From IMG/VR virus record IMGVR_UViG_2509276065_000002, positions 50,119 through 114,118 of that record: 64,000 nt of DNA. One strand, given 5' to 3'. The notes under the pieces are model-generated. The model saw only the letters and a program-made list of their open reading frames with translations, had not been told where the DNA came from and made no database searches. The translations under genes and the position numbers were made by a program. This document shows positions 46,395-56,165 of the stretch, piece after piece. Source of the DNA: a virus (taxonomy: Duplodnaviria > Caudoviricetes). How positions within the stretch are numbered: position 1 is the first letter of the stretch; each line of letters starts with the position of its first letter.

Positions 46395-47200
46395 GCGCGG
46401 TCTCCTTGCTGGTCCGTGGGGGTGTTGGGGTGTTGGTAGTCGGGCTCGTACTTCGCGCGCCACGCCCGCACCGCCTCGAAGATGCTCTTGGCCCACGGAC
46501 CGGTGAGCATCTCGCCTTTGCTGGCGTCGAACACCTGGAACAGCCAGCCCTCCCCTCCACCGAAAAAGCCGACCTGCGCGCCGGACTCGCGCATCTGCTC
46601 GGCGTAATCGAGCGGGCGGGTGTCGTCCTTGCCCTGGAACTGCTTGCGGTCGGTGGCGCCTTGCTTCACGGCTTTCGTGACGGCCGCCGTGCGCTCTTCG
46701 GGCCTGAGGTCCTTGAACGGCACGGGTTCACCTGTGGCAGGGTGAGGGATGTGCGCGCCGTGATTGAGGTCGCGCACGGTTTCCACAACCGCCTGGTAGT
46801 CAGCGCTGGTGGGGTTCTCCTTGCCGGTAGCGGCCTTCACCACGCTCGCGACGATTTCCAGGTTCTCGGCACTCACGCCGATCAACGCGCGAGCGTGCCG
46901 TTCAGTAGGAACGGGCACTCCGTGGTCGAGGGCGAGCAGCGCCGCTTCTTTGCTTTGCATGATCTGGTACGCCCAGGTACGGGAGAAATTCCAGACTTTC
47001 ATGCAGTAGTGCTCAAAGGTGACGTACTGCTCGCGGTACAGGCGGCGTTCCTGGATTTCCTGCAGCGCCTGAGCCATCTCGATGAACGACCGCAGGCCGT
47101 ACCCGACGACCTGCTCCAGCGCCGCGAGGCGAGCTTTCTCCTCAGGGGTCAGGCCGTCCGCGGGAGGCAGGGTCGTCTGTTCGTGCCGGGTGGTGGTCAT
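46391..47200 (-). CDS. phage hypothetical protein
   Basis: SFIEMAQALQEIQERRLYREQYVTFEHYC domain resembling those in phage and methylase-associated proteins; AGGAG RBS. Confidence 0.65.
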   Translation of the reverse strand: MTTTRHEQTTLPPADGLTPEEKARLAALEQVVGYGLRSFIEMAQALQEIQERRLYREQYVTFEHYCMKVWNFSRTWAYQIMQSKEAALLALDHGVPVPTERHARALIGVSAENLEIVASVVKAATGKENPTSADYQAVVETVRDLNHGAHIPHPATGEPVPFKDLRPEERTAAVTKAVKQGATDRKQFQGKDDTRPLDYAEQMRESGAQVGFFGGGEGWLFQVFDASKGEMLTGPWAKSIFEAVRAWRAKYEPDYQHPNTPTDQQGDRA

Positions 47201-47234
47201 GAACGCATCTCCTGTGGGGTTTTGAGGGAAAGCT

Positions 47235-47486
47235 TCATCGAGCGACCTGCCTGACCTTGTCGTCCTGCTCCACCCGAATGGCCGGCGTGAGGCGGAAGCC
47301 ACGCCACCACGGGCGAAGCGTGACGGGCGTTTCCTGCTTGAGGGCGTAGGGATTCAAAAGGTAAAGCACCGCACCCAGCGGAAGGCCACGCAAGCTGCGC
47401 AGTTCGTGCTTCCCATCGGCGAGGACGCGCAACACGAGCTTGCGCGGCGCGCTCCCTTCGTAAATCACCAGAGCGAAGTGCTTCAT
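47235..47486 (-). CDS. hypothetical protein
   Basis: ATGA coupling. Confidence 0.5.
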   Translation of the reverse strand: MKHFALVIYEGSAPRKLVLRVLADGKHELRSLRGLPLGAVLYLLNPYALKQETPVTLRPWWRGFRLTPAIRVEQDDKVRQVAR

Positions 47487-47752
47487 GCGGAACCTGCTTC
47501 CAGGTGCTTGAGGGTCGTACCGCGGGAATCTTCGATAATCGCGCCGACCGATGAAATCCAGGCTTCATGGGCGAGCTTGCGGGAGGTGGTGCCACCCAGG
47601 TCGCGGTGCATGACCTGACGCGCCAGGTGGTCTTCGTTGTAGGCGGTGAGTTTCACGGTGGGCCGACCGGGAACGTGCAGTTCGAAGTACTGCTGTGGCG
47701 AAACAGTGACGGACGGCAGGGTTGGCGGAACCCGGGTGGCTTTGCGGGGCAT
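47483..47752 (-). CDS. hypothetical protein
   Basis: GGAGG RBS before MPRKATRV. Confidence 0.5.
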   Translation of the reverse strand: MPRKATRVPPTLPSVTVSPQQYFELHVPGRPTVKLTAYNEDHLARQVMHRDLGGTTSRKLAHEAWISSVGAIIEDSRGTTLKHLEAGSA

Positions 47753-47753
47753 G

Positions 47754-48557
47754 TCAGGCCTCCAGACGAGCGAACGAAACGACCCGCACGTAGGGATTCG
47801 TGGACCACGGGTGCGCGGGGTTGAGGGTGTCCCACAGCCGCGCGTATTTCGTGATGGGGTCTGGGCCGAGGGGGGGTGCGGCGCGGCGGATGGGTGCGTT
47901 CGGCTGGTCGCTGATGGGTTCATTGCGGGCGAGGCAGACGGCGTCGCGCGTGAGGTAGTCGGCGTACTCGCGGTCGTACTCCGGGAAGTTCGCGCGGAGC
48001 CAGTCGGCACCGAGCGCCGTGACACCTTCGGAGAGGGCGTCACTGACGGTCAAGCGCTGCAAGCGTTCCGCGCGGATCGCAGTGACTTCGAGCACGACCC
48101 GGCAGGCCCAGCGGGGCATGTGAATACCGGACACTCGGCGGAGTTTGGTGGCCCAGCCGCCCGGGTCAGGTGTGCCGTCATGCCAGGCGGCGAGCTGCCA
48201 ACCGGCCAGGTGCGGCACACCATAGCGGTCAGCGAGTGATTGACCGAGCAGTGGTCCACGAATGAGGTGGTCGGCGCCTTCCAGCCCGGTTGGCATGGCG
48301 AGCAGGGTGCAGGTCTCCCGCAACCACAAGTGAATACCCGGGACACCGTACGGGCTCACGACTTCCAAGCCGCTCACGGTGATGACAGTGACATGGCCCC
48401 GATCGTATTCCGTGTATTGCGCCGCAACCGCGTCGATCGCGCTGGGCTGGGGTTTCAGCAGACGACGCGTCTGGGTTTTGCCGTGCCGGAGGATGCCTTG
48501 TACCATGCGCGTCTGGAAGATCACCGGTTGTGCTCGTTTGTCCACCATGGTGATCAT
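47754..48557 (-). CDS. ASCH/PUA-like phage protein
   Basis: GKTQTRR, LWLRET, IHMPRWACR and ERLQ motifs. Confidence 0.75.
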   Translation of the reverse strand: MITMVDKRAQPVIFQTRMVQGILRHGKTQTRRLLKPQPSAIDAVAAQYTEYDRGHVTVITVSGLEVVSPYGVPGIHLWLRETCTLLAMPTGLEGADHLIRGPLLGQSLADRYGVPHLAGWQLAAWHDGTPDPGGWATKLRRVSGIHMPRWACRVVLEVTAIRAERLQRLTVSDALSEGVTALGADWLRANFPEYDREYADYLTRDAVCLARNEPISDQPNAPIRRAAPPLGPDPITKYARLWDTLNPAHPWSTNPYVRVVSFARLEA

Positions 48558-49213
48558 GCGGGTGCCTCGCAGTCGCAGTCGTCCGTCGGGCCGCTGCACG
48601 TCAGGCACAGGTGCGTGAGGCTGGCGTCCTCACGCCTGGCCACGGCCTGCACGAGCCGCAAGGTGCGCAAGGCGTCCCCGAGGGCACTGTGCGCGTCGTC
48701 GAGGTCGTCCACCTGCACGTCTTCAGTCAGGCACGCCACGCCGAGACGGGCCCAGCGGTAATTGCCGTGGTAATCGCTCCAGTCGCCGTGGATAGGAGCG
48801 TACGCACCCATCGCGCACTGCCAATGAGAGAGCACAGGCGATTCGCACTCCTCCCGTGGTACGCCAGCCCACGACAAGCTTTGCCGCAGCATTCGCTGAT
48901 CGAACGAGGCGTTGTAAACCACAACAGTCTTACCTTCCAGCAGGCAAGCCAGGCGGGGCCACACCAAGGGCCACTCAGGGCAAGTCACCAGGTCCGCGTC
49001 TGTGATTCCGTGAATTGCCGACGCGGCCCACGGTCCGCCGTTGATCGGCTTGACGCGCTCGTTGAGTAGGACTTCGCCACTGGCGCTGACCACGGCGATC
49101 TCAATGACTTCGGAGTGGCTGTCGAGCCCGGTCGTTTCAGTGTCGAGCACCACAAGGTCAGGGTCAGCCGCCCACTTACGGAAGATGGCCAGCGGGGAAG
49201 CTTCAGGCGCCAC
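48554..49213 (-). CDS. 3'-5' exonuclease (DEDDh / DnaQ-like)
   Basis: LDTETTG, YNASFD and HSALGDA motifs. Confidence 0.9.
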   Translation of the reverse strand: MAPEASPLAIFRKWAADPDLVVLDTETTGLDSHSEVIEIAVVSASGEVLLNERVKPINGGPWAASAIHGITDADLVTCPEWPLVWPRLACLLEGKTVVVYNASFDQRMLRQSLSWAGVPREECESPVLSHWQCAMGAYAPIHGDWSDYHGNYRWARLGVACLTEDVQVDDLDDAHSALGDALRTLRLVQAVARREDASLTHLCLTCSGPTDDCDCEAPA

Positions 49214-49391
49214 AGTCGAGCTCCACGTCCGGCGCTTCGCCGTCGAGCAGGATGTCGATGGCTTCGCAGCTCGCGCTGATTTCGTGTCCGGCTTCGGTGA
49301 TGACGAGCATGTCCTTCACGAGGGCCGCGCCGATCATGCGGTTGCTGGCCGCTTCGATGCGCTTCAGGTGCTTGCGGATCAGTTCGTGCAT
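49203..49391 (-). CDS. hypothetical protein
   Basis: Operon-packed ORF. Confidence 0.5.
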   Translation of the reverse strand: MHELIRKHLKRIEAASNRMIGAALVKDMLVITEAGHEISASCEAIDILLDGEAPDVELDCGA

Positions 49392-49393
49392 GG

Positions 49394-49774
49394 TCAGCTC
49401 ACCACCCGGAGCGCGAAGCCCTGCTCGACCATCGACGCGTTGACGTCCAGCAGGCCTTTGGAGGTAACGACGGCGATTTCAGCGATGGTGCGGCCGTACT
49501 TGTCGGTGTTGTCCTTGTGCGTGCGGATCAGCAGCTCACGGGGCTTGTCGCCCTCGAACAGCAAGCCCCGCAGGTAATCCCGCGAGACACGGCCCATCTC
49601 GTATGTCGCGCCGCGCAGTTCGGGCGCGTTGATGCCGTACAGGCGAGCGCGAATATCGAGCGAAGCAAAAAAGCCCAAGGAAACTTTGAGAATGACGGTG
49701 CCCCCATCGACGACACGCACACACGTGGCGCGGTAACGGTAGAGGAACTCGGCGGTGATGTTCGGAGCAGTCAT
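49394..49774 (-). CDS. thermonuclease (SNase-like) protein
   Basis: RVVDGGT, RARLYGINAPE, DKYGRTIA and MVEQGFA motifs. Confidence 0.85.
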   Translation of the reverse strand: MTAPNITAEFLYRYRATCVRVVDGGTVILKVSLGFFASLDIRARLYGINAPELRGATYEMGRVSRDYLRGLLFEGDKPRELLIRTHKDNTDKYGRTIAEIAVVTSKGLLDVNASMVEQGFALRVVS

Positions 49775-49822
49775 ACGTCCTCCTGATGCGAAGGCGGGGC
49801 AGTGTTCACTGCCCCTGGGCGG

Positions 49823-50491
49823 TCACGGTGCGGTGACGGGGTTGTCGAGATTCACTCCGAGGACACGCGACGCGACTTCGAGTTGCATGTTCAGCAGGGC
49901 CAAGCCGGTGTACCCGTCGGACCTGGCTGCGTCGCGTAACGCTGGCAGGCCGGACAGGACGCTGTCGCGCAGTTCCTCAGGAGTGGCGGGACGCCCTTCC
50001 TTGAAGGCAGCGACACTGATGGGCTCACCGAGGTCGAACAGGCGACCGTTGTGAACGCGGGCGATGGTGTAGGACATGGTCAGCCACAGGACGGTCACGC
50101 CAGGGTTGCGTTTGATCATCTCGCCGGCCGCTTCGCGGGTACCTTCCGGCATGTCATCCTCACGGCGGTTCATGTGCGGGCGGGACAGGAACGGGCAGGC
50201 TTTGATGCTCCACTCACCGCACTCGTGATGCACGGGTGGTTCGGCATCGACGCGATTCACGGCGCACATCGGGCCGATCACGAACGCATAGGGTTCGCCT
50301 GGCAGGAACTTCTCGCCACACACGAAGCAGCGGTTTTCCTTGACAGCCTTATCGACCTTCCGACTGTCCACCACACGAAAGTCGGGCTTGAGGCCGAACC
50401 ACTGGACGAACCACGGCACGGGGTAACCGCGGGCGACGGGTAGTTTGGCGATGCGGGCGGGCATGGGTGGGAGTTCTCGGGCAGTGTGCAT
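49823..50491 (-). CDS. phage hypothetical protein with Cys motifs
   Basis: RGYPVPWFV, CFVCG and EPPVHHEC...ACPFL. Confidence 0.7.
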   Translation of the reverse strand: MHTARELPPMPARIAKLPVARGYPVPWFVQWFGLKPDFRVVDSRKVDKAVKENRCFVCGEKFLPGEPYAFVIGPMCAVNRVDAEPPVHHECGEWSIKACPFLSRPHMNRREDDMPEGTREAAGEMIKRNPGVTVLWLTMSYTIARVHNGRLFDLGEPISVAAFKEGRPATPEELRDSVLSGLPALRDAARSDGYTGLALLNMQLEVASRVLGVNLDNPVTAP

Positions 50492-50503
50492 ATGACCTCC
50501 GGG

Positions 50504-52801
50504 TCAGTCGGCGGCTTGCTGCTGGGCTTGTGAGAAGAGTTCAGAAATGATGGCCTTCACCAGAGCTGGCGGCACGCTGTTTCCGCACATGCGCACCTGC
50601 GCGGCCTTGCTGAGCGGTCTGCCCTTCACGCTGAAGTCGATGACGTACGAATCCGGAAAGGACTGGCAGCGGTACAGCTCACGTGGTTCGAGCATCCGCA
50701 TGCCGATGTCGTAAATGACGAACTTCTCGCCGTTCACTTCGAGCGTGACGAGCTGCTGCGCGCGGTCCTCTGCGGACACCTTGTCCAGTGCCTCGGGACA
50801 GTACGCCAGCAGGAACGCGAACACCCGACGCGCGCCCGCCAGCGTCCGCGCGTCGAGGCTGCCATGCAGGTGGGTGGTGATCAGACCGTCTTTCACGCAG
50901 GTGGTGATGCTGCCCAGGGCGTCACCGACTTCCCGGGCGTCGTTGCTGCCGTACTGGCGCAGCAGGTGCGCGGTGACGAGCCCGTGGCGGTTTTCGGTGG
51001 TCTGCGTCGCCAGGGCCGCTTCGAGTTCCTGACCACGCGCGTCTCCGCACGCGTTTTTGTCACCGTAGTAGGTGGTGAGGTGCGCGGTCGTGAGACCGAA
51101 GCGTTCCACGGTACTGACGGTCGGCGTGGCGGCGTCCATGGGTTGCACCGTCGCCGTGCCGTTGTACTGGGTGAGGTAGGCCGCCGCCAGGGCCGTGTCC
51201 GCCTTGGCGGTGATGGTATGCATCGCCTCGGCCGCCGTGCGGGGCCGGGACTGCCCGGCGCGTCCACCCACGCCGATCAGGCTGGCGCTCACCAGCGCCT
51301 GCGGTCCGCCTTGTGCCATCACGGTCGGCGCCGGTTCCTCCAGTGAGTGGCTGGCGTTCTCCGGCGCGCAGTACCCACCGTTGTGCTTCACCAGGCACGC
51401 GCCGACCAGTCCGTGCACGTTCCCGGTGCCAGGCCGCGCCGGGGTGCCGCCCGCAGTCGCGGTATGCAGGGGCGCGTCGGCGCCGCTGCCGATGCTGCCT
51501 TCGCGGAACTTGGTGATGTGCGGCGCGACGAGTCCGAAGCGGGTCGCGCCAGACAGCACCGTGTCGAGCGGCACGTCGGCTGCCTGACCAGGGCTGTGCT
51601 CCTGAAACTTCGTCAGGTGCGGCGCGATCAGGGTGTGCTTGTTTCCCTGCGTGGTGATGACCTGCGCGGGAGCGTCCACGGCGGCCGGGTCGTTGCCGAA
51701 GGACATCGGCGCGAAGTACGGGGTCACCACGGCGTTCGCGTCACGGCTGCTGGTGATCGTCACGAGTGGGGCGTCCACGCTGCGCTGCCGGAAGTCGTGA
51801 CCGCCGTGGTTGCACTGGACCAAAAAGGGCCGGGAGGCGCCCAGCACGAACTTGTCGATGCCTTTGGCGATGCGGCGCAGGGTGTTCGGTTCCAGGTCGT
51901 TCTTGCGCCGGGCGTGCGGCTGAAAGATCGTGCGGGTCGGGATGCTCCAGTCAATGCACTCGGCCGCGGTGCGCACGGGCAGCAGGCCGGGCCCATGGGT
52001 CGGTTCGGGCCAGCTGATGGCTTTGCCGTCACAGCGGGCGATTAGGAAGAACCGCTCACGGATGGTAGGTGCACCGTGATCGCTGGCAACGAGGGTGCGG
52101 AAGTCCACGTCGTACCCGAGGGCGCGCAGCTCCCGCACGAACGTCCGGAAGGTCCGGCCACGGTAGCGGGGGCGTTTGTCGGCCACGAGGCAGGTGAGGC
52201 CGTCCTCAGCGAGCTTGATGGCCCCGCGCGGGGGGTGCTGTTTGGGCATGCCGCGCTGCCAGCGACGGCAGGCGTGGCCTTTGCATTTGGGTTTGTTCGG
52301 CCAGAGCACCTTCCCGTCCGGGCCTTTGAGGGCTTCGCGTTGCGCGACCAGGCGTCCCCAATGGCGGAAGTCCGGGACGTTTTCGAGCACGATGACGTCC
52401 GGTCGGACTTTGCCGGCCCACTTCAGGCCGACCCAGGCGAGCGAGCGGATCTTCTGGTCGAGTGGTTTGCCGCCCTTGGCGCGGGAGTGATGTTTGCAGT
52501 CCGGGCTGAGCCATAGGAGCGCGACGGGTTTCCCGCCGGTGGCTTCGATGGGGTCGACTTCGAACACGTCACTGCGGTAGTGGCGGGTGTAGGGGTGGTT
52601 CACCTGGTGCATGGCGATGGCTTCCTCGTCGTGGTTGATCGCCACGTCGGGAGAGCGTCCGAGGGCCGTTTCGATGCCGAGGGACACCCCACCACCGCCC
52701 GCGAAGAGATCGACGATCATCTTCCCGGCGAGGTGCTCACCGCCGTGCAGGTAGGAGAAGAGGGGCAGTGGGGCGTCTGGGAGCTGCTGTTTGCGGGACA
52801 T
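50504..52801 (-). CDS. C5 DNA-cytosine methyltransferase
   Basis: DLFAGGGG, SPDC, ENV, RERFF and CGNSV motifs; long repetitive variable region. Confidence 0.93.
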   Translation of the reverse strand: MSRKQQLPDAPLPLFSYLHGGEHLAGKMIVDLFAGGGGVSLGIETALGRSPDVAINHDEEAIAMHQVNHPYTRHYRSDVFEVDPIEATGGKPVALLWLSPDCKHHSRAKGGKPLDQKIRSLAWVGLKWAGKVRPDVIVLENVPDFRHWGRLVAQREALKGPDGKVLWPNKPKCKGHACRRWQRGMPKQHPPRGAIKLAEDGLTCLVADKRPRYRGRTFRTFVRELRALGYDVDFRTLVASDHGAPTIRERFFLIARCDGKAISWPEPTHGPGLLPVRTAAECIDWSIPTRTIFQPHARRKNDLEPNTLRRIAKGIDKFVLGASRPFLVQCNHGGHDFRQRSVDAPLVTITSSRDANAVVTPYFAPMSFGNDPAAVDAPAQVITTQGNKHTLIAPHLTKFQEHSPGQAADVPLDTVLSGATRFGLVAPHITKFREGSIGSGADAPLHTATAGGTPARPGTGNVHGLVGACLVKHNGGYCAPENASHSLEEPAPTVMAQGGPQALVSASLIGVGGRAGQSRPRTAAEAMHTITAKADTALAAAYLTQYNGTATVQPMDAATPTVSTVERFGLTTAHLTTYYGDKNACGDARGQELEAALATQTTENRHGLVTAHLLRQYGSNDAREVGDALGSITTCVKDGLITTHLHGSLDARTLAGARRVFAFLLAYCPEALDKVSAEDRAQQLVTLEVNGEKFVIYDIGMRMLEPRELYRCQSFPDSYVIDFSVKGRPLSKAAQVRMCGNSVPPALVKAIISELFSQAQQQAAD

Positions 52802-52839
52802 CAGGCAGTTCCCGGTGTGCCAGTAGATAAGCTACGACA

Positions 52840-53106
52840 ATGGATTTCGAGGACGCGGCTGCCTGGCACGCCCACCTGACCGTCGAACAACACGCGCTGC
52901 TGGCGTACTTCGAGGAGCGGAACTTTACTTTTGACTTTCACGAGGTTGAGGCTGACTTCAAGGTTCAGTTGCCCGCCGGTTGTGTATTGACGGCGACCGT
53001 TGGCAGATATGAAGTGTTCCGTGAACGATCCATAGAGCTCCGACAGGCCTTTGACCGTATGTCCACGGTGCTGCTGATCCTGCTGAATCACGGGCGCTTG
53101 GAATGA
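52840..53106 (+). CDS. hypothetical moron protein (88 aa), leaderless
   Basis: TAAGCT-N6-ATG; opposite strand between two methylase genes. Confidence 0.6.
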   Translation: MDFEDAAAWHAHLTVEQHALLAYFEERNFTFDFHEVEADFKVQLPAGCVLTATVGRYEVFRERSIELRQAFDRMSTVLLILLNHGRLE

Positions 53107-53153
53107 TGGTTTGAGGGTCAGCACGCCAGAGCGTACGAAGTCGTAGAGCCGAT

Positions 53154-53684
53154 TCATGACTCACCTCCAAACAGGTCGTGCTGCACACTGCGCACCCGAA
53201 CGGGAGGCAGGCAGTGCGGTGAGAACCAGATCCGTTCGCGCTGCGCGCTCGCGCGGCCTTCCCATTTGGGTTGCGTGCACCATCCCGAGCCGATCCACTG
53301 GCTGATGCCCCACACCCACCAGCCGGCCACCTTGGCGTCGAAGGCGTCGGGATCTTCGCGCAGCTGCGTGGTCAGGCGTTCACGCTGCGCGACCAGCCAG
53401 GCATGGCGGGCGTGCAGGTCGAGTTCATTGACGGGATGGTCTGCCCAGGCGGCAACACCTTCAGGGTCAGCGAGTACGGCGCGCCAGAAGTTGCAGATGA
53501 AGCCGTCGAGGTCGTTCACGGTCTCGGTGCGTGGAGAGTGAGGACGACCGAGCAACACGGCGCCGCTGCCAAAGAACGGTTCGACGTAGTTGCCCACGTC
53601 ACCGAAGCGTTCCCATACGCGGGCGGCCACTTTGGATTTCCCACCGAAATACGGGAAGGGAGCGCGGTAGGTGGTTGCCGTCAC
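53154..53684 (-). pseudogene. Dam-like (D12 class) adenine methyltransferase with internal deletion
   Basis: PYFGGKS, YVEPFFGSGAV and VNDLD present, C-terminal RERIWFSPHCL present, but no DPPY catalytic motif in 176 aa. Confidence 0.7.
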
Positions 53685-55060
53685 ATCAACCCCGGTTGTT
53701 CGGGCGCCAGGCTGTAGAAGGCCACACGCTCCGCGTTGTACCCGAGCTTCACCGTGCCGACCGGACCGTTGCGTTGCTTGCCGATGATGATCTCGGCCAT
53801 CCCGGGCTGATCGGATTTTTCGTTGTAGTACTCGTCGCGGTAAATGAACAGCACGACGTCCGCGTCCTGCTCGATCGCGCCGGATTCCCGCAGGTCACTG
53901 AGCATCGGGCGTTTGTTCTGCCGGGCTTCCACCGCTCGGGAGAGCTGCGAGAGGGCGATCACCGGAATGTCGAATTCCATCGCAATCTTCTTCAATGCCC
54001 GGCTGATGCGGGTGACTTTCTGGCGTTCGTCCTCCACGCCGGGTACTTCCAGCAGCTGCAGGTAATCGACGACAAGTGCGCTGAGAGGGCCGACGTTCGC
54101 CCACATGCGCACTTCCTGGTGCAGCTGGGCGACCGTCAGGTCCGGACGGTCGATGTACCCGAGCTGCATGTCCGCGCGTTTGGCTGCCACGGCACGCAGG
54201 CGTTCGAGGTCCGGGCCTTTCAGTTGGCCTTTGCGGATCTTCTCGTGATTCACCCGCCCAAGGTTGGCAAGTTGACGCAGGGCCAGCAGCTGCGCACGCA
54301 TCTCCAGGGAAGCGATCAGCACCCGGCCGGTGCGGCGGTTGGCGATGGTATGCGCGACAGACAGCGCGAACGCCGTCTTCCCCATCGACGGACGAGCGGC
54401 CACAACATTGAGGCTGCCCTTCTCGAAGCCCACGATCTGGTCGTCAAGGTCATGAAAACCGCTGGGTTGCGCGTCGTTGTTGCCACCACTCATCCAGCGC
54501 TCGGCGGTGTCGATGGCTTCCTGGTCTACCTCCGCGCCGTTGAGCATGCGGCTGCGTCCCTGCTCGGCGAGACTCGTGAGGTTCGCCATGCTCGCCAGGA
54601 TCTCCTCCAGGCTTTCCTGCTGGTCGTAAATACGCCGGACGATATTCAGGCTTTCGGTGATGGCGCGGCGGCTGATGTGCTTCTCACGGATGATGGTCGC
54701 GTATGTTTCCGCGTACGCCGCGGTGGGCGTGTTGTCACTCAGGGCCATCAGGTACGTCAGGCCACCGGCGTTATCGAGCGCCTGCATGTCCCGCAGGACA
54801 CTCTGCACCGTGACGAGGTTGATCTTCTTCGGTCCGTACTCGCCCGCGACGACGTGCATCGCGCGGTAGATCAGCCGGTTGCGTTCGAAGTAGAACGCGT
54901 CCTGATGCAGGCCACCCACGATGGGCCAGGTGTCTTCATCGAGCAGCACACTGCCGAGGGCGCTGATTTCCGCCTGTTTGTCGTGCGGGAGGGCGCGGCC
55001 CTCGATGAAGGCTTCGCGGATCACGGGTTCGAAGCGGGTGTTGCGTTTCGCTACGGTCAT
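53681..55060 (-). CDS. dnaB: replicative DNA helicase DnaB
   Basis: AARPSMGKT, SLEM, VVDYLQL, LSQLSR, DLRESGAIEQDAD and KQRNGP motifs. Confidence 0.97.
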   Translation of the reverse strand: MTVAKRNTRFEPVIREAFIEGRALPHDKQAEISALGSVLLDEDTWPIVGGLHQDAFYFERNRLIYRAMHVVAGEYGPKKINLVTVQSVLRDMQALDNAGGLTYLMALSDNTPTAAYAETYATIIREKHISRRAITESLNIVRRIYDQQESLEEILASMANLTSLAEQGRSRMLNGAEVDQEAIDTAERWMSGGNNDAQPSGFHDLDDQIVGFEKGSLNVVAARPSMGKTAFALSVAHTIANRRTGRVLIASLEMRAQLLALRQLANLGRVNHEKIRKGQLKGPDLERLRAVAAKRADMQLGYIDRPDLTVAQLHQEVRMWANVGPLSALVVDYLQLLEVPGVEDERQKVTRISRALKKIAMEFDIPVIALSQLSRAVEARQNKRPMLSDLRESGAIEQDADVVLFIYRDEYYNEKSDQPGMAEIIIGKQRNGPVGTVKLGYNAERVAFYSLAPEQPGLM

Positions 55061-55983
55061 GCCAGCACCTCGCAGTTCTTGAGTTGAGCGAGCGGGACGG
55101 TCTCGAAGACCGCGTGATCGGTGTAGATGCAGCTCGAACCGGTGCTGATGATGGTCGCCTCGTCACCGTTCGGGAGCCGCACGCGGCGGCCCGCTTCGAA
55201 TGCGGCGCGCACGGCAGCGGAACTGTCCTGAGTGGTCTGCGCGCTGTTGGCCGTCTGCCGTTCCTGCGCCTGTTTTTTCATCAATCCGGAAAGAAAACGC
55301 CAGGGGTTGTTGATGCTCGCTCCACCCGCGATGGTCTGCTCGACACCTTCGGCCAGGACGGCCTTCAGGCCGTCCTGAATCCATTTCGCCCAGTGGGGAC
55401 TCTGGGCTTCCTGGGTGGTCTGGGCTGCTCCGAGGTGCCGAACCCACGACGACCACACCGACGACAGCCCGGCATCCCGGATGGTCAGCAGGTGCCGCTG
55501 GTGGTCTTCTCGCGCGCCAGTAAGGTGGTTGTTGTTAGGAACTAAAGAAGAAGAATCTTTTTCTTTATGTCCTGCATTCTGCGGGGGTACTCCTGCAATT
55601 TGCAGGGGCTCATTTTGCGGGGTTTTCTCGGTTCCGCCCTGGAGAATGCGGGGGTACCCCTGGAAATTGCGGGGGTACATTTCAGCGGCTTTGTGCGGCT
55701 TACGCTCTTCGGCGTACTTGGCTGATAGGCACAGTTTGGTGATGCTCACCAGTTGCACGCCATTTGCTGCTGCCTGCTCGATGCGTTCCGCGAAGCCCCC
55801 TTCGACCAATTGCCGTAGTTGTCGGGTGACCGTGGATTCGTCACGGTCAATGAGTCCGGCCAGGTCGGTCAGGGGAATGCGGCACACTCCGAAGCCATCG
55901 GCGTACATGGCGAGGGTGACCAGCAGGAACTTGTTCTTGCCTACGTGCTGGTCGTAGGCCCACTTCACGGCGCCGGGACTCAT
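55057..55983 (-). CDS. phage replication initiator (N-terminal HTH)
   Basis: Upstream of dnaB; LTDLAGLIDRDESTVTRQLRQLVEGGF HTH; internal repeats. Confidence 0.75.
   Translation of the reverse strand: MSPGAVKWAYDQHVGKNKFLLVTLAMYADGFGVCRIPLTDLAGLIDRDESTVTRQLRQLVEGGFAERIEQAAANGVQLVSITKLCLSAKYAEERKPHKAAEMYPRNFQGYPRILQGGTEKTPQNEPLQIAGVPPQNAGHKEKDSSSLVPNNNHLTGAREDHQRHLLTIRDAGLSSVWSSWVRHLGAAQTTQEAQSPHWAKWIQDGLKAVLAEGVEQTIAGGASINNPWRFLSGLMKKQAQERQTANSAQTTQDSSAAVRAAFEAGRRVRLPNGDEATIISTGSSCIYTDHAVFETVPLAQLKNCEVLA
55530..55678. repeat. putative replication origin: three 11-bp iterons plus AT-rich tract
   Basis: TGCGGGGGTAC at 55580, 55647 and 55668; AT-rich stretch about 55530-55570. Confidence 0.7.
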
Positions 55984-56165
55984 GACGACACCCCGGCGTT
56001 GCGAGCGATGCGGTCGGCGACGTCCTGTCCGTAGTGCGTGGCGAGGTCACGCAGTGCGTTCTTCACGGCCCGGTGTTCGCCACGTTCATGTGACGACGCC
56101 AGTTCAATCGTCCAGGTGAGTTCCTGTTGTGGCGTGATCTGCTCGGGCGGCGAGTCGATGCTCAT
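55980..56165 (-). CDS. hypothetical protein
   Basis: ATGA coupling. Confidence 0.55.
   Translation of the reverse strand: MSIDSPPEQITPQQELTWTIELASSHERGEHRAVKNALRDLATHYGQDVADRIARNAGVSS

Noticed and set aside
52801-53157. Minus-strand 118-aa ORF between the methylases
   Set aside because: The plus-strand ORF has a leaderless promoter and more protein-like composition; the minus ORF is ATGA-coupled, so it is not fully excluded
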